Positions 1 to 7,633 of a stretch of DNA of 34,886 nucleotides are shown piece by piece (within the stretch, counting starts at the first letter, position 1; the number at the start of each line of letters is the position of its first letter). The notes under the pieces are model-generated. The model was not told where the DNA came from, did no database searches, and was given only the letters and a program-made list of their open reading frames with translations. A program made the translations under genes and the position numbers. The stretch is from a virus (lineage: Duplodnaviria > Caudoviricetes), in the IMG/VR virus record IMGVR_UViG_3300037506_000400, positions 1 to 34,886 of that record; one strand, 5' to 3'.

Positions 1-63
1 TTCCGCGAGCGCATCCTGCTGCTCGCGATGTCGGCTGGCGACCGCGCGAAGGGGCGAGGATGA
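1..63 (+). CDS. 3' end of a truncated upstream CDS (…FRERILLLAMSAGDRAKGRG*)
   Basis: Frame 1 is open from the window edge to TGA 61-63, which overlaps the next ATG (ATGA), the coupling used throughout this arm. Confidence 0.6.
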   Translation, partial: FRERILLLAMSAGDRAKGRG

Positions 64-611
64 AGACCTACGCTCTTGCCCTCATCGGGTGCTCGGCAAC
101 GAAGCTCGACCGCGCGGCGCTCGCGCGCGAGCTCTACACCGGGCCGCTCTTCCGACTGGCCCTGGCGTACGCAGAGCTCGTCGCCGAGCGCGTCCTCATC
201 CTCAGCGCCGGCTACGACGTGCTCTCACCGAGCCAGCTGGTCGACACCTACGACGCGAAGCTCACCGCGTTGAACTCGAAGGCGTGGGGCACGCGCGTCT
301 CGCGGCGTCTCGTCGAGGAAGGGCTGCCGGAGAACGTCCTCTTCCTCGCCGGCGAGACCTACTTCGCGCCGCTCGACGTGCCGGGCAAGGAGACCTGGCA
401 CCGCCCGCTGAGCGGCCTGGGCATCGGCGAGCAGAAACGCCACCTGAAGGCGCTCATCGCGCTCGATGCCGCCAGCCTCGCCGAGCTGGTGCTGTCGGTC
501 GACACGCAGCTCTCGACCCTGGCGCCCGGCGAGCGCGTCAGCGAGGTGGCCGTCGAGGCGGAGGTCTGGGAGCACATGGTGCGCGTCGCGCGAAGGGAGC
601 TGCGACGATGA
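60..611 (+). CDS. DUF6884-like protein
   Basis: Motifs LIGCSATK…ARELYTGPLF, ILSAGY, YD.KL, FLAGETY, PLSGLGIGEQ are typical of DUF6884/YaaA-like proteins; ATGA coupling at both ends. Confidence 0.75.
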   Translation: MKTYALALIGCSATKLDRAALARELYTGPLFRLALAYAELVAERVLILSAGYDVLSPSQLVDTYDAKLTALNSKAWGTRVSRRLVEEGLPENVLFLAGETYFAPLDVPGKETWHRPLSGLGIGEQKRHLKALIALDAASLAELVLSVDTQLSTLAPGERVSEVAVEAEVWEHMVRVARRELRR

Positions 612-1384
612 GCGTCCTCTCCGGTGGACCCTTCGAGGGGCGTGAGGTCGCGGGCATGGCGACCGCGGACCTCGAGGCGGCGAAGGTGTGGGCCATCCGC
701 GCGCTGAAGCAGGCGCAGCGCGAGGAGAACGCGGGGCTCGCCGCGCAGCACTCGAACGACCTCGTGCAGCTCGACGCGGAGCGCGTGCGTCGCTGGGAGC
801 ACGTCACTTCCGAGCAGCCGTTGGCGGGGACGCCGCGGCAGCTTGGCACTCGGGCGGGGTTCCCCCCCACCGCCGCGCCGAGTGCCTCTCTCCGCAGCGT
901 CGAGCCGATGATGGCGCTGACCGTCTGGCAGCCGTGGGCGTGGGCCATCGCCGAGGGCTTCAAGCTGGTGGAGAACCGCGACTGGAAGCCGGCACCGAAG
1001 CTCCTCAGCCCGGGCCAGCGCCTGGCGATTCACGCCGCGGTGCGTGCGGTCGACCGTGAGGCGCTGATGTCGGTGCGCGAGGCCCTCTTCCGCTCGCGCG
1101 GGCGGGCTGACGGGGCGCTGCCCTGGGAGGTGCCGCCCGCCGACTCGAAGGCCTACGTGCTCGGCGGCATCGTCGCCGTGGCGACGTACCGCGGCCACGT
1201 GACGCTTCGCAGGGAACTGCCCCTCGCGCAGCAGCCCTGGTTCGTCGGCGACTTCGGCTGGCTGCTCGAGGGCGTGGTGAAGCTGCGCCAGCCGGTGCCT
1301 GCGCGCGGTCAGCAAGGGCTGTGGGCGCTGCCCGGCGAGGTGCTCTTCGCGGTCGACGCGCAGTTGAGGGGAGGCGGCCGGTGA
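608..1384 (+). CDS. ASCH-domain protein with an N-terminal extension
   Basis: ALTVWQPWAWAIAEGFKLVENRDW, LAIHAA, GGIVAVA, PVPARGQQGLW are ASCH signatures; start ATG 608 overlaps the upstream stop. Confidence 0.88.
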   Translation: MSVLSGGPFEGREVAGMATADLEAAKVWAIRALKQAQREENAGLAAQHSNDLVQLDAERVRRWEHVTSEQPLAGTPRQLGTRAGFPPTAAPSASLRSVEPMMALTVWQPWAWAIAEGFKLVENRDWKPAPKLLSPGQRLAIHAAVRAVDREALMSVREALFRSRGRADGALPWEVPPADSKAYVLGGIVAVATYRGHVTLRRELPLAQQPWFVGDFGWLLEGVVKLRQPVPARGQQGLWALPGEVLFAVDAQLRGGGR

Positions 1385-1773
1385 GCGCGAACGCCCCTCA
1401 GCCCCCGCCGGCGCTGAACTCGTCGAGTCGCGCGGTGTGGCCCACCATCTACGAGAACGCGAACCTCGTGCTGCCGGCGTGGGCCGTGGCCGACATGCGG
1501 CTGCGCGACGAGCTCGGCCGCATGAAGTACGGCGTCGCGCTGCAGACGCACAACGGGCGAGACGCGGTGGTCGACGCGTACCAGGAGGCGCTCGACCTGC
1601 TCGTCTACACCCAGCAGGCGCGCCTCGAGCTGCAGGTCGCAACGCTGAAGCCGGGCCCGGGCGCCGACTGGAACCGCCGGCTCGCGCTGGACAGCGCATT
1701 CCACTTCGCGCTCGGCGCGGCTCTCCGTCTCGGCGAGCTCGTGCACCGCGCGCCCACCCCGAGGGACCGATGA
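1381..1773 (+). CDS. Conserved phage protein, possibly MazG-like/all-alpha NTP pyrophosphohydrolase
   Basis: R…GRMKYG..LQTHNGRDAVVDAYQEALDLLVY, an acidic helix motif (D..QE.LD); GTG start overlaps the upstream TGA. Confidence 0.55.
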   Translation: MSANAPQPPPALNSSSRAVWPTIYENANLVLPAWAVADMRLRDELGRMKYGVALQTHNGRDAVVDAYQEALDLLVYTQQARLELQVATLKPGPGADWNRRLALDSAFHFALGAALRLGELVHRAPTPRDR

Positions 1774-2498
1774 CGACACTGGCTGAAGCAGTCGAAGGCA
1801 CGCTCCGTGACCTCGAGGCGCTGCGCGCGGAGCGCGACCGGCTGGCGGCAGAGCTCGCGCAACTTCGCGCGAGCGTCGACGGGCTCCGCTGGAATTGGAC
1901 GCCGCATCACCTCGCCGAGCGATTCCGCGAGGACAGCATCGCGGCGGCGGAGGCGGCGCAGGAGGTCATCGCGTCTCAGGCACAGGAAATCGCCCGTCTC
2001 GGCGTCGAGGTGCAGGCGGCCGAGGACATGCTGCTGGTGGAGCGGCGGGAACGAGACGCGTTGATCGCCGGGGCCATCAAAGAGCGAGACGCAGCGCTGA
2101 GGTGTCTCACGGAGCTCGGCGCCAAGCTCGCCGAGGCCGACCGCGCATCCGCCGAGAGTCGCGCCGAGAATGCGGCGCGTCTCGCGCAGGTCGAACCGAA
2201 GGAAGTCGGCACGCATGCGGCGTGCCTTGCTCACGATGCGGCCCGTGACGCGTACGTGGCGGTCATCGAGGCGGCGCCGCTGCCCGACAAGTTCGAGCTC
2301 CCCGCGGAACTCTGGACAGAATGGCGCAGTCGCCTCGGCGCTTACGACCGGACGCTCCCGACGGGCACGCGCATCGGCAAGCGCTGGTGCATGACCGACC
2401 GCAACGGCGTGTCGTGGCTGCGCGAGTACGTCGAGGTGCCGGGGCATGCCAACCGCGTCGGCATCTACTCGCGAGAGGTGGTGCTCACCGATGTGTGA
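1770..2498 (+). CDS. Hypothetical coiled-coil protein
   Basis: ATGA-coupled start; Ala/Glu/Arg-rich heptad pattern followed by a small globular C-terminus. Confidence 0.65.
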   Translation: MTTLAEAVEGTLRDLEALRAERDRLAAELAQLRASVDGLRWNWTPHHLAERFREDSIAAAEAAQEVIASQAQEIARLGVEVQAAEDMLLVERRERDALIAGAIKERDAALRCLTELGAKLAEADRASAESRAENAARLAQVEPKEVGTHAACLAHDAARDAYVAVIEAAPLPDKFELPAELWTEWRSRLGAYDRTLPTGTRIGKRWCMTDRNGVSWLREYVEVPGHANRVGIYSREVVLTDV

Positions 2499-2826
2499 CC
2501 TCAGCGGCGAGAGCACCTCGAGTTACTGGCGCACCGAAGAGCGACCCGCGCGGAAGCCTCGACGCTGCGACTGTTGCGGCGCGCTCATCGCGAAGGGGGA
2601 GCGCTACTTCAACACCTTCGCGCTTTCAGACGGCTCGGTGTGTAACGAGAACGCGTGCGCGGCGTGCAACGCGGCCATCGAAGAGTTCGGCCAGGCGCAC
2701 CGCTTCTTCCCCTTCCCGGGCTCGCTCGTGCCGTACCTCGAGGAGTGCATCTTGGGCGACGAGGCCGGCGAGCGCTGGCGCCCGATGCTCGACGCAATCG
2801 AATCGCGACGAAAGGCGGCGGCATGA
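2491..2826 (+). CDS. Hypothetical Zn-binding phage protein
   Basis: RKPRRCDCCGALIAKGERY…CAAC pattern; GAGGTGG SD upstream. Confidence 0.7.
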   Translation: MCDLSGESTSSYWRTEERPARKPRRCDCCGALIAKGERYFNTFALSDGSVCNENACAACNAAIEEFGQAHRFFPFPGSLVPYLEECILGDEAGERWRPMLDAIESRRKAAA

Positions 2827-3146
2827 CGGGAGGCCCCATCGACCGAGCGCAGCTGACCGCGTTCGGCAAGCACCTCGCGGCGACCGTGCGCGACAACGCG
2901 AGCCCGCGAACGACCGACGACATGCTCGACGCGATGGTCGACGAAGCGATCGACGACTTCGAACGGATGCAGTCGGACAGCGAGTCGATGTTCCTCGCCG
3001 AGGCCGCGAAGAGCTGTCGCAACTGCCCGGTCTGCCGCGGCGGTGATGTGCCGTGCGGCGGCTGTCAGGCCGGCGGTGTGTGCGACGCCTTCGAGTGCGT
3101 CTGCGACCGCGAGGAACTCGACGAGAGCGAGGACGATGATGGGTGA
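2823..3146 (+). CDS. Hypothetical protein with Cys-rich C-terminus
   Basis: CRNCPVC…PCGGC…VCDAFECVC cluster and acidic tail; ATGA-coupled. Confidence 0.65.
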   Translation: MTGGPIDRAQLTAFGKHLAATVRDNASPRTTDDMLDAMVDEAIDDFERMQSDSESMFLAEAAKSCRNCPVCRGGDVPCGGCQAGGVCDAFECVCDREELDESEDDDG

Positions 3147-4080
3147 GAACAGCGGCATTCAGTGGACGCACCACACATTCAACCCGTGGGAGGGTTGCCA
3201 GCGCGTCAGCCCGGGTTGCGTGCACTGCTACGCGGAGACGCGGAACAGGCGCTTCGCCGGCGACGACGCGACCAAGGTGCTGTGGGGACCGAGCGCCCCG
3301 CGCCGCCGCACGTCGGTCGCGAACTGGCGCAAGCCCCTCGCATGGGACAGGGCGGCGAAGAAGGCGGGCGTGCGGCACCGCGTGTTCTGCGCGAGCCTCG
3401 CCGACGTGTTCGAGGTGCGCGGCAAGGACCAGCCGGCGCCGCTCGACGACTGGCGCCTCGAGCTGCTCGACCTCATCCGCCAGACGCCCTCGCTCGACTG
3501 GCTCCTGCTGACGAAGCGACCCGAGTCCATCCGCGCCGGGCTACTGCGCGCACACGGCGCCTTCGAGCACGTCCCTGACGTCAGCATGGCGACGGTCGAC
3601 ATGGTCGAGGCGTGGCTCGACGTCACGCCGCCGCCGAACGTGTGGCTCGGCACCACCGTCGAAGACCAGCAGCGCGCGGACGAGCGCATCCCGGCGCTAC
3701 TCCAGGTGCCCGCGGTGGTGCGCTTCCTGAGCTGCGAGCCGTTGCTCGAGCGCGTCACGCTGACCCCGTGGCTACTCTCCGAGCATGGCCGTCGTTACAT
3801 CGGAGCTGCCCCCGGCATCTCGTGGGTCATCATCGGCGGCGAGAGCGGGCGTGGCGCAAGGCCGTTCGCTCTCGAGTGGGCGCGCGCCCTCGTGAGGCAG
3901 TGCCGCGCTGCTGGCGTCGCGCCCTTCGTGAAGCAACTCGGCAAACGTCCCCGTGATCGGCGCTCCGTCGATGGCGAGTGGTTCTCCAGCGAGCTCGCCC
4001 TGCTGGACGCCGCCGGCGGCGACATGGCCGAGTGGCCCGAGGACCTGCGCATCAGGGAGTTCCCCGAGGCCCGCCGATGA
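3139..4080 (+). CDS. Phage Gp37/Gp68 family protein (DUF5131, radical-SAM-like)
   Basis: IQWTHHTFNPWEGCQRVSPGCVHCYAE, RVFCASLADVF, LLTKRP, NVWLGTTVEDQ, RFLSCEPLL, WVIIGGESG, FVKQLG. Start may be ATG 3136. Confidence 0.93.
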   Translation: MGENSGIQWTHHTFNPWEGCQRVSPGCVHCYAETRNRRFAGDDATKVLWGPSAPRRRTSVANWRKPLAWDRAAKKAGVRHRVFCASLADVFEVRGKDQPAPLDDWRLELLDLIRQTPSLDWLLLTKRPESIRAGLLRAHGAFEHVPDVSMATVDMVEAWLDVTPPPNVWLGTTVEDQQRADERIPALLQVPAVVRFLSCEPLLERVTLTPWLLSEHGRRYIGAAPGISWVIIGGESGRGARPFALEWARALVRQCRAAGVAPFVKQLGKRPRDRRSVDGEWFSSELALLDAAGGDMAEWPEDLRIREFPEARR

Positions 4081-4556
4081 CGCAGCGCACTCTCCCGCTC
4101 GGCGTAGTCGGAGCCGTTCCTTCCGCGCCTTTGGTGCCTCGGCCCGAGGCGCCGAAGCGCGCGAACGTCGACTTCTTCAACCTCTTCGCGATCAAGGTCC
4201 GCGGTGCGCCGGCGGGCTGGCAGTGGGAGCGCATCGCGACAATCGGCGACCTCGGGGAGAAGGACCGCGCGCGCCAGTACTCCGAGATGGAGGGCTACGT
4301 GCACGACGGCACGACCTTCAAGCGCGGGAAGCGAGCCGGCAAGCGCAAGCCTGGGTGCGCCGTCGAAGGCACGCGACGGAAGATCATCTTCACGATGGCC
4401 GACCTCGATGCCTTCATGAGGGCGTGGGAACTCGAGACCGGCCAGTGCCACCGCTGCTTCGGCACCGGTGAAGAGTTGGCGGGCTCGAGCACGACCGACG
4501 GCGATCGCTACCGCGCGTGCAGCCGCTGCTTCGCCACCGGCAAGGCCCACCCGTGA
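4077..4556 (+). CDS. Hypothetical protein with C-terminal CxxCxGxG zinc finger
   Basis: CHRCFGTG…CSRCFATG (DnaJ-type Zn finger repeats); ATGA-coupled. Confidence 0.7.
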   Translation: MTQRTLPLGVVGAVPSAPLVPRPEAPKRANVDFFNLFAIKVRGAPAGWQWERIATIGDLGEKDRARQYSEMEGYVHDGTTFKRGKRAGKRKPGCAVEGTRRKIIFTMADLDAFMRAWELETGQCHRCFGTGEELAGSSTTDGDRYRACSRCFATGKAHP

Positions 4557-5005
4557 AGCGACTCACCGACGCCGAGCTCGCCGTCGTTGCCGACCGACTC
4601 CGAGAGACGGGCCTCGACGAGGCGGCCATCAGGCGCATGCTCTTCGCGGCGAGCCCCGAGAGTCCGCGAGGCGAAATCTGCGCAACGTGCGGTCGCGACC
4701 TCGCGTCACGTCCTGTTCTCACGACGGTCAACGCGCGGCGCGCCGACGGCTCGCTCGTCAACAAGCGCGTGCACATGAAACCAGTGCAGGTGGTCGCGAC
4801 CTTCCGCGACGAAGGGAGCCACGGACGGACGCCCGAGCTGAGCAAGCGCCTGCGTGGCGGGCTCTGGCGATTCTGCGCGAAGTGCGCGCTCGCGATGCTC
4901 TCACCGACTGAGACGCCTCCGCGCTCTACTCCGCCGGCGGAGACGGAGTCCGCGCGCGAGTGCGTCACCTGCGGCTACGCGCCGTGCATGTGCGACCAGC
5001 AGTGA
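4553..5005 (+). CDS. Hypothetical Cys-rich protein
   Basis: CATC, CAKC, CVTC..PCMC motifs; GTG start overlaps the upstream stop. Confidence 0.6.
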   Translation: MKRLTDAELAVVADRLRETGLDEAAIRRMLFAASPESPRGEICATCGRDLASRPVLTTVNARRADGSLVNKRVHMKPVQVVATFRDEGSHGRTPELSKRLRGGLWRFCAKCALAMLSPTETPPRSTPPAETESARECVTCGYAPCMCDQQ

Positions 5006-5035
5006 GCGGCACACCTCCTGCTCCTGCGTCACCAG

Positions 5036-5248
5036 ATGGACCGACTGGCGGTGGCGGCGTGGCGATTCCGGGCGGCGCTCGAGCTGCTCCGGGCGATGAG
5101 GGCGAACGACGGGAGCCTGCGGGCAGCGGAGCGACTCCGAGCAGCGAGAGCTGAGGCGGTGAGGGCGGAGCGGGTGGTGTTGACCTCAAGCGCCCTCTTG
5201 GGCGAAGGTCACCGGGTCGCAGTCGCACGAAGCAGCAGGCCGACGTAG
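5036..5248 (+). CDS. Hypothetical protein
   Basis: 70-aa ORF collinear with the arm; no recognisable motif. Confidence 0.4.
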   Translation: MDRLAVAAWRFRAALELLRAMRANDGSLRAAERLRAARAEAVRAERVVLTSSALLGEGHRVAVARSSRPT

Positions 5249-5293
5249 CCGCGCTCGTTGTAGTCGTCTCCCACCTCTTACCTCGGAGTTCCC

Positions 5294-5458
5294 GTGTTCA
5301 ATCTGCTCGATGTTGTGTGTCCTCGTCTCGACCGTCGAACCCATATGCTCGTCACCGCCACGGACGGGCCGGCCGTCCGGTGCGTGTGGTGGGTCGATGG
5401 CGTCAAGTGGCGAGGAACGATGCACCAGGACGACCTCGATCTGGTCGCCCGGCGCTGA
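5294..5458 (+). CDS. Small YodC/DUF2158-like protein (54 aa, absent from the ORF track)
   Basis: Manual translation: MFNLLDVVCPRLDRRTHMLVTATDGPAVRCVWWVDGVKWRGTMHQDDLDLVARR; GGAG SD 5 nt upstream of GTG; F..DVV…M.V…V.C.W…L pattern. Confidence 0.6.
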   Translation: MFNLLDVVCPRLDRRTHMLVTATDGPAVRCVWWVDGVKWRGTMHQDDLDLVARR

Positions 5459-5595
5459 TCGGTGGCTCGCGCCCCAACTCCGGCGATCCACCCGGGCGTG
5501 AGGCTGCGGTCGAAGCTCCCGCCGAGCGTCGCCTCCACCGCAACCACTTGATGTCGCTGGTATATTAATGGGCTGCTGAAATTGAGCCGAATGGC

Positions 5596-5624
5596 TTGAC
5601 GTCTTGATTAATCGTAGCTACGTT
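5596..5624 (+). promoter_or_regulatory. Sigma70-type promoter
   Basis: TTGACG (5596-5601), 17-bp spacer, TACGTT (5619-5624), inside the most AT-rich patch of the window. Confidence 0.75.
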
Positions 5625-5628
5625 AATC
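5606..5628. promoter_or_regulatory. Palindromic operator overlapping the -10 element
   Basis: GATTAA-T-CGTAGCTACG-TTAATC: perfect 10-bp core palindrome with complementary GATTAA/TTAATC arms. Confidence 0.65.
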
Positions 5629-5657
5629 TCGTCGACGGCGCGGTGAGGTCGTCGCAA

Positions 5658-5685
5658 GCCCGAGAGGGCAGGAGACGCAGATGAG
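5658..5685 (+). repeat. Start-associated repeat copy 1 (GNRA hairpin + SD + ATG)
   Basis: GCCC-GAGA-GGGC-A-GGAGACGCAG-ATGAG, nearly identical to 5951-5979. Confidence 0.75.
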
Positions 5686-5875
5686 CAAGGCGACCAGCAT
5701 CACGATGACGGCGGAGCAGACGGCGCAGTACGACATGGGCGGCGAGGCGGCCCGGCAGCTGATGGAGCGGCTGCGCATCGAGGCGTCCAAGGTGGCGCGG
5801 ACGGCCGGCGCGACGCACGTCGAGATCTACACCGCCGACGGCATCACGGCGGACGCGATCGATCTCGATGCGTGA
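5681..5875 (+). CDS. Small hypothetical protein (64 aa), first gene of the promoter-proximal cassette
   Basis: GGAG SD, high-GC3 codon usage, acidic C-terminus. Confidence 0.75.
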   Translation: MSKATSITMTAEQTAQYDMGGEAARQLMERLRIEASKVARTAGATHVEIYTADGITADAIDLDA

Positions 5876-5950
5876 CGCCTCTCGCCCGACTCCGGTCGGG
5901 CGCAGAGCAGGGGCGATGCTCGCCGCTCCTGCCTGACTCCGCAGCGAGCC

Positions 5951-5979
5951 GCCCGCGAGGGCATGGAGACGCAGATGAG
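5951..5979 (+). repeat. Start-associated repeat copy 2
   Basis: GCCC-GCGA-GGGC-AT-GGAGACGCAG-ATGAG. Confidence 0.75.
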
Positions 5980-6505
5980 GACCGACAACGTGCAGTGGGG
6001 GACGCCGCGCAGCGAGCAGGGTCAGATGGTCGTCTCGGAGTACGGCTGGTGTGGTGGTGAGTACCTGTGTCGCACCACGAGCCGGACCGACGGCCGGGTG
6101 ACGCTCTACCGCGCGGTCGACTCGTCGGCCGTGCCCGACGACTACGACGCGCGCAGCGCCGACTACGCCCCGGAGGTCAAGTGGGTGCGCGTGACGGAAG
6201 AGGGCCGCGCGGTGAACGGCGGTGGCGTCGGCAAGGGGTACGACGCGGAGGCCATCCGCTACCAGGGGCAGATTCTCCTCGCGCTCTGGAGCGTGGCGGA
6301 CAGCGAGTGGGTCGCGCTGGGCAGCATAGATGATGATGGCGAGGACCTCGAAACCCTCGCGCACCAGCTGGCCGACCACCCCGGCTCGTTCGACGGCACG
6401 ATTTCGTGGGCGCACCTCGACCACCACGCCGAAGCGTTCGAGGCGGCGGCGGCGCAGTGGGAACGCGCCGAGGCCAAGCCCGAGCTCGCCAGCGAGGTGG
6501 CCTGA
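5975..6505 (+). CDS. Acidic hypothetical protein
   Basis: Start reassigned to ATG 5975 from the shared leader repeat; Asp/Glu-rich. Confidence 0.75.
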   Translation: MRTDNVQWGTPRSEQGQMVVSEYGWCGGEYLCRTTSRTDGRVTLYRAVDSSAVPDDYDARSADYAPEVKWVRVTEEGRAVNGGGVGKGYDAEAIRYQGQILLALWSVADSEWVALGSIDDDGEDLETLAHQLADHPGSFDGTISWAHLDHHAEAFEAAAAQWERAEAKPELASEVA

Positions 6506-6506
6506 C

Positions 6507-6770
6507 ATGGCGCGCACCAGCCTGACCGAGAGCACCGACCTCCGCGAAGCCGCGATGCAGTACATCCGCCATACGATGGCGCACCCCGGCGTGGAGCTGA
6601 CGCCGCAGCTCGCGGCTGACGCTCTCTGCTGCGCCGAGATCCAGCGTCTCACGGGCGTGCGCTACCCGAGCGAGATCCGTCCGAGCGCAGCGGACATCTC
6701 GTACATCATGGGAGCCGCGACGGCCTCGCTCAAGAAGTACCCGATTCGACCGTCCGGATCCGAGATCTGA
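6507..6770 (+). CDS. Hypothetical protein (87 aa)
   Basis: GAGGTGG SD, ATG 1 nt after the upstream stop. Confidence 0.65.
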   Translation: MARTSLTESTDLREAAMQYIRHTMAHPGVELTPQLAADALCCAEIQRLTGVRYPSEIRPSAADISYIMGAATASLKKYPIRPSGSEI

Positions 6771-7309
6771 TGAGCCGCTCACGTCGCTACGACTGGACGG
6801 ACTCGAGCGAGGCCCGGTGGGCGCTGGCGATCGCGTGGGCGTGGGCGGTCGAGTCCGGGCACGTACCGCCGCTCGGTGACGCTGCGGCGGCAGTCCGCGC
6901 CGATGCGCAGCTCGAGCGCGGCGCGAGACGCACACCGGAGAGCGAGGCTCAGGCAGCATGGGCCGTCATCGCAGCGGGCCTCGAGTCGCGCAGCGAATGG
7001 CACAAGTTTGCGCGTCACGCGGGCTCTGGGGTGCGCGGGGTCGCACGCGTGCTGCACCTCGACGCTGAGCGGCGCGGGCGACCGGTGCCGCCGACCTGGT
7101 GGACCGATGCGGGCGCGCGTCCACTCCCCGATGGGCGCTGGGAGGCTGTGGTCGGGTGGCACGGCACCATCCAGCAGGCGGGCGAGTGGCCCACGCGCGA
7201 GGCCGCACTCGACGCGCTCCGGGCGCTCCGCCCCGGCGCCCGAATCACGATCTACGAAACAGCCCACCCATACGGAGGCATGAATCTCAGCCCGGCTCCA
7301 CGGAGCTGA
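6770..7309 (+). CDS. Hypothetical Trp-rich protein
   Basis: TGATG coupling to the upstream gene; 179 aa. Confidence 0.55.
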   Translation: MSRSRRYDWTDSSEARWALAIAWAWAVESGHVPPLGDAAAAVRADAQLERGARRTPESEAQAAWAVIAAGLESRSEWHKFARHAGSGVRGVARVLHLDAERRGRPVPPTWWTDAGARPLPDGRWEAVVGWHGTIQQAGEWPTREAALDALRALRPGARITIYETAHPYGGMNLSPAPRS

Positions 7310-7401
7310 GCACCGCGCGCGGCTCCGGTGTCGGTACCGCGCAGCGACTGGCGAGGTAACTCGCCCGTCGTCTCGGAGCGCCGAGTGTTCGGCGCCCGGA
7401 G

Positions 7402-7632
7402 ATGGCGAAGAAGACTCGAGGCAGGCCGATTGGCAGCGGCAAGGGACTCACCGAGGTGATGCGCGCCAGGTGTACGCCCGAGGAGAAGGCGCACCTCGAG
7501 GTCGTCGCGGCTGATGCTGGCCTCGACCTCTCGGAGTACTTGCGGCGCGCGGCGGCCTACTGCGCCGCTCTGCGTGTGCCGCTCGCGCACGTCAGCACCG
7601 GCCCGCTGCCGCCCGGTGCCGAGGTCGAGTAG
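7402..7632 (+). CDS. Ribbon-helix-helix DNA-binding protein (MobC/CopG-like) with RGRP motif
   Basis: TRGRP…TEVMRARCTPEEKAHLEVVAADAGLDLSEYLRRAA matches the RHH beta-alpha-alpha pattern. Confidence 0.8.
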   Translation: MAKKTRGRPIGSGKGLTEVMRARCTPEEKAHLEVVAADAGLDLSEYLRRAAAYCAALRVPLAHVSTGPLPPGAEVE

Positions 7633-7633
7633 G

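Noticed and set aside
359-1801. 480-aa ORF on the - strand (and other long antisense ORFs such as 1605-2516)
   Set aside because: Shadow ORF of GC-rich DNA opposite motif-bearing, coupled + strand genes; Arg/Pro/Ala-rich with no domain signal.
5876-5950. Solitary CRISPR repeat (Racr)
   Set aside because: Hairpins are present but I see no typical repeat 3' end such as ATTGAAAC; kept only as a structured spacer.
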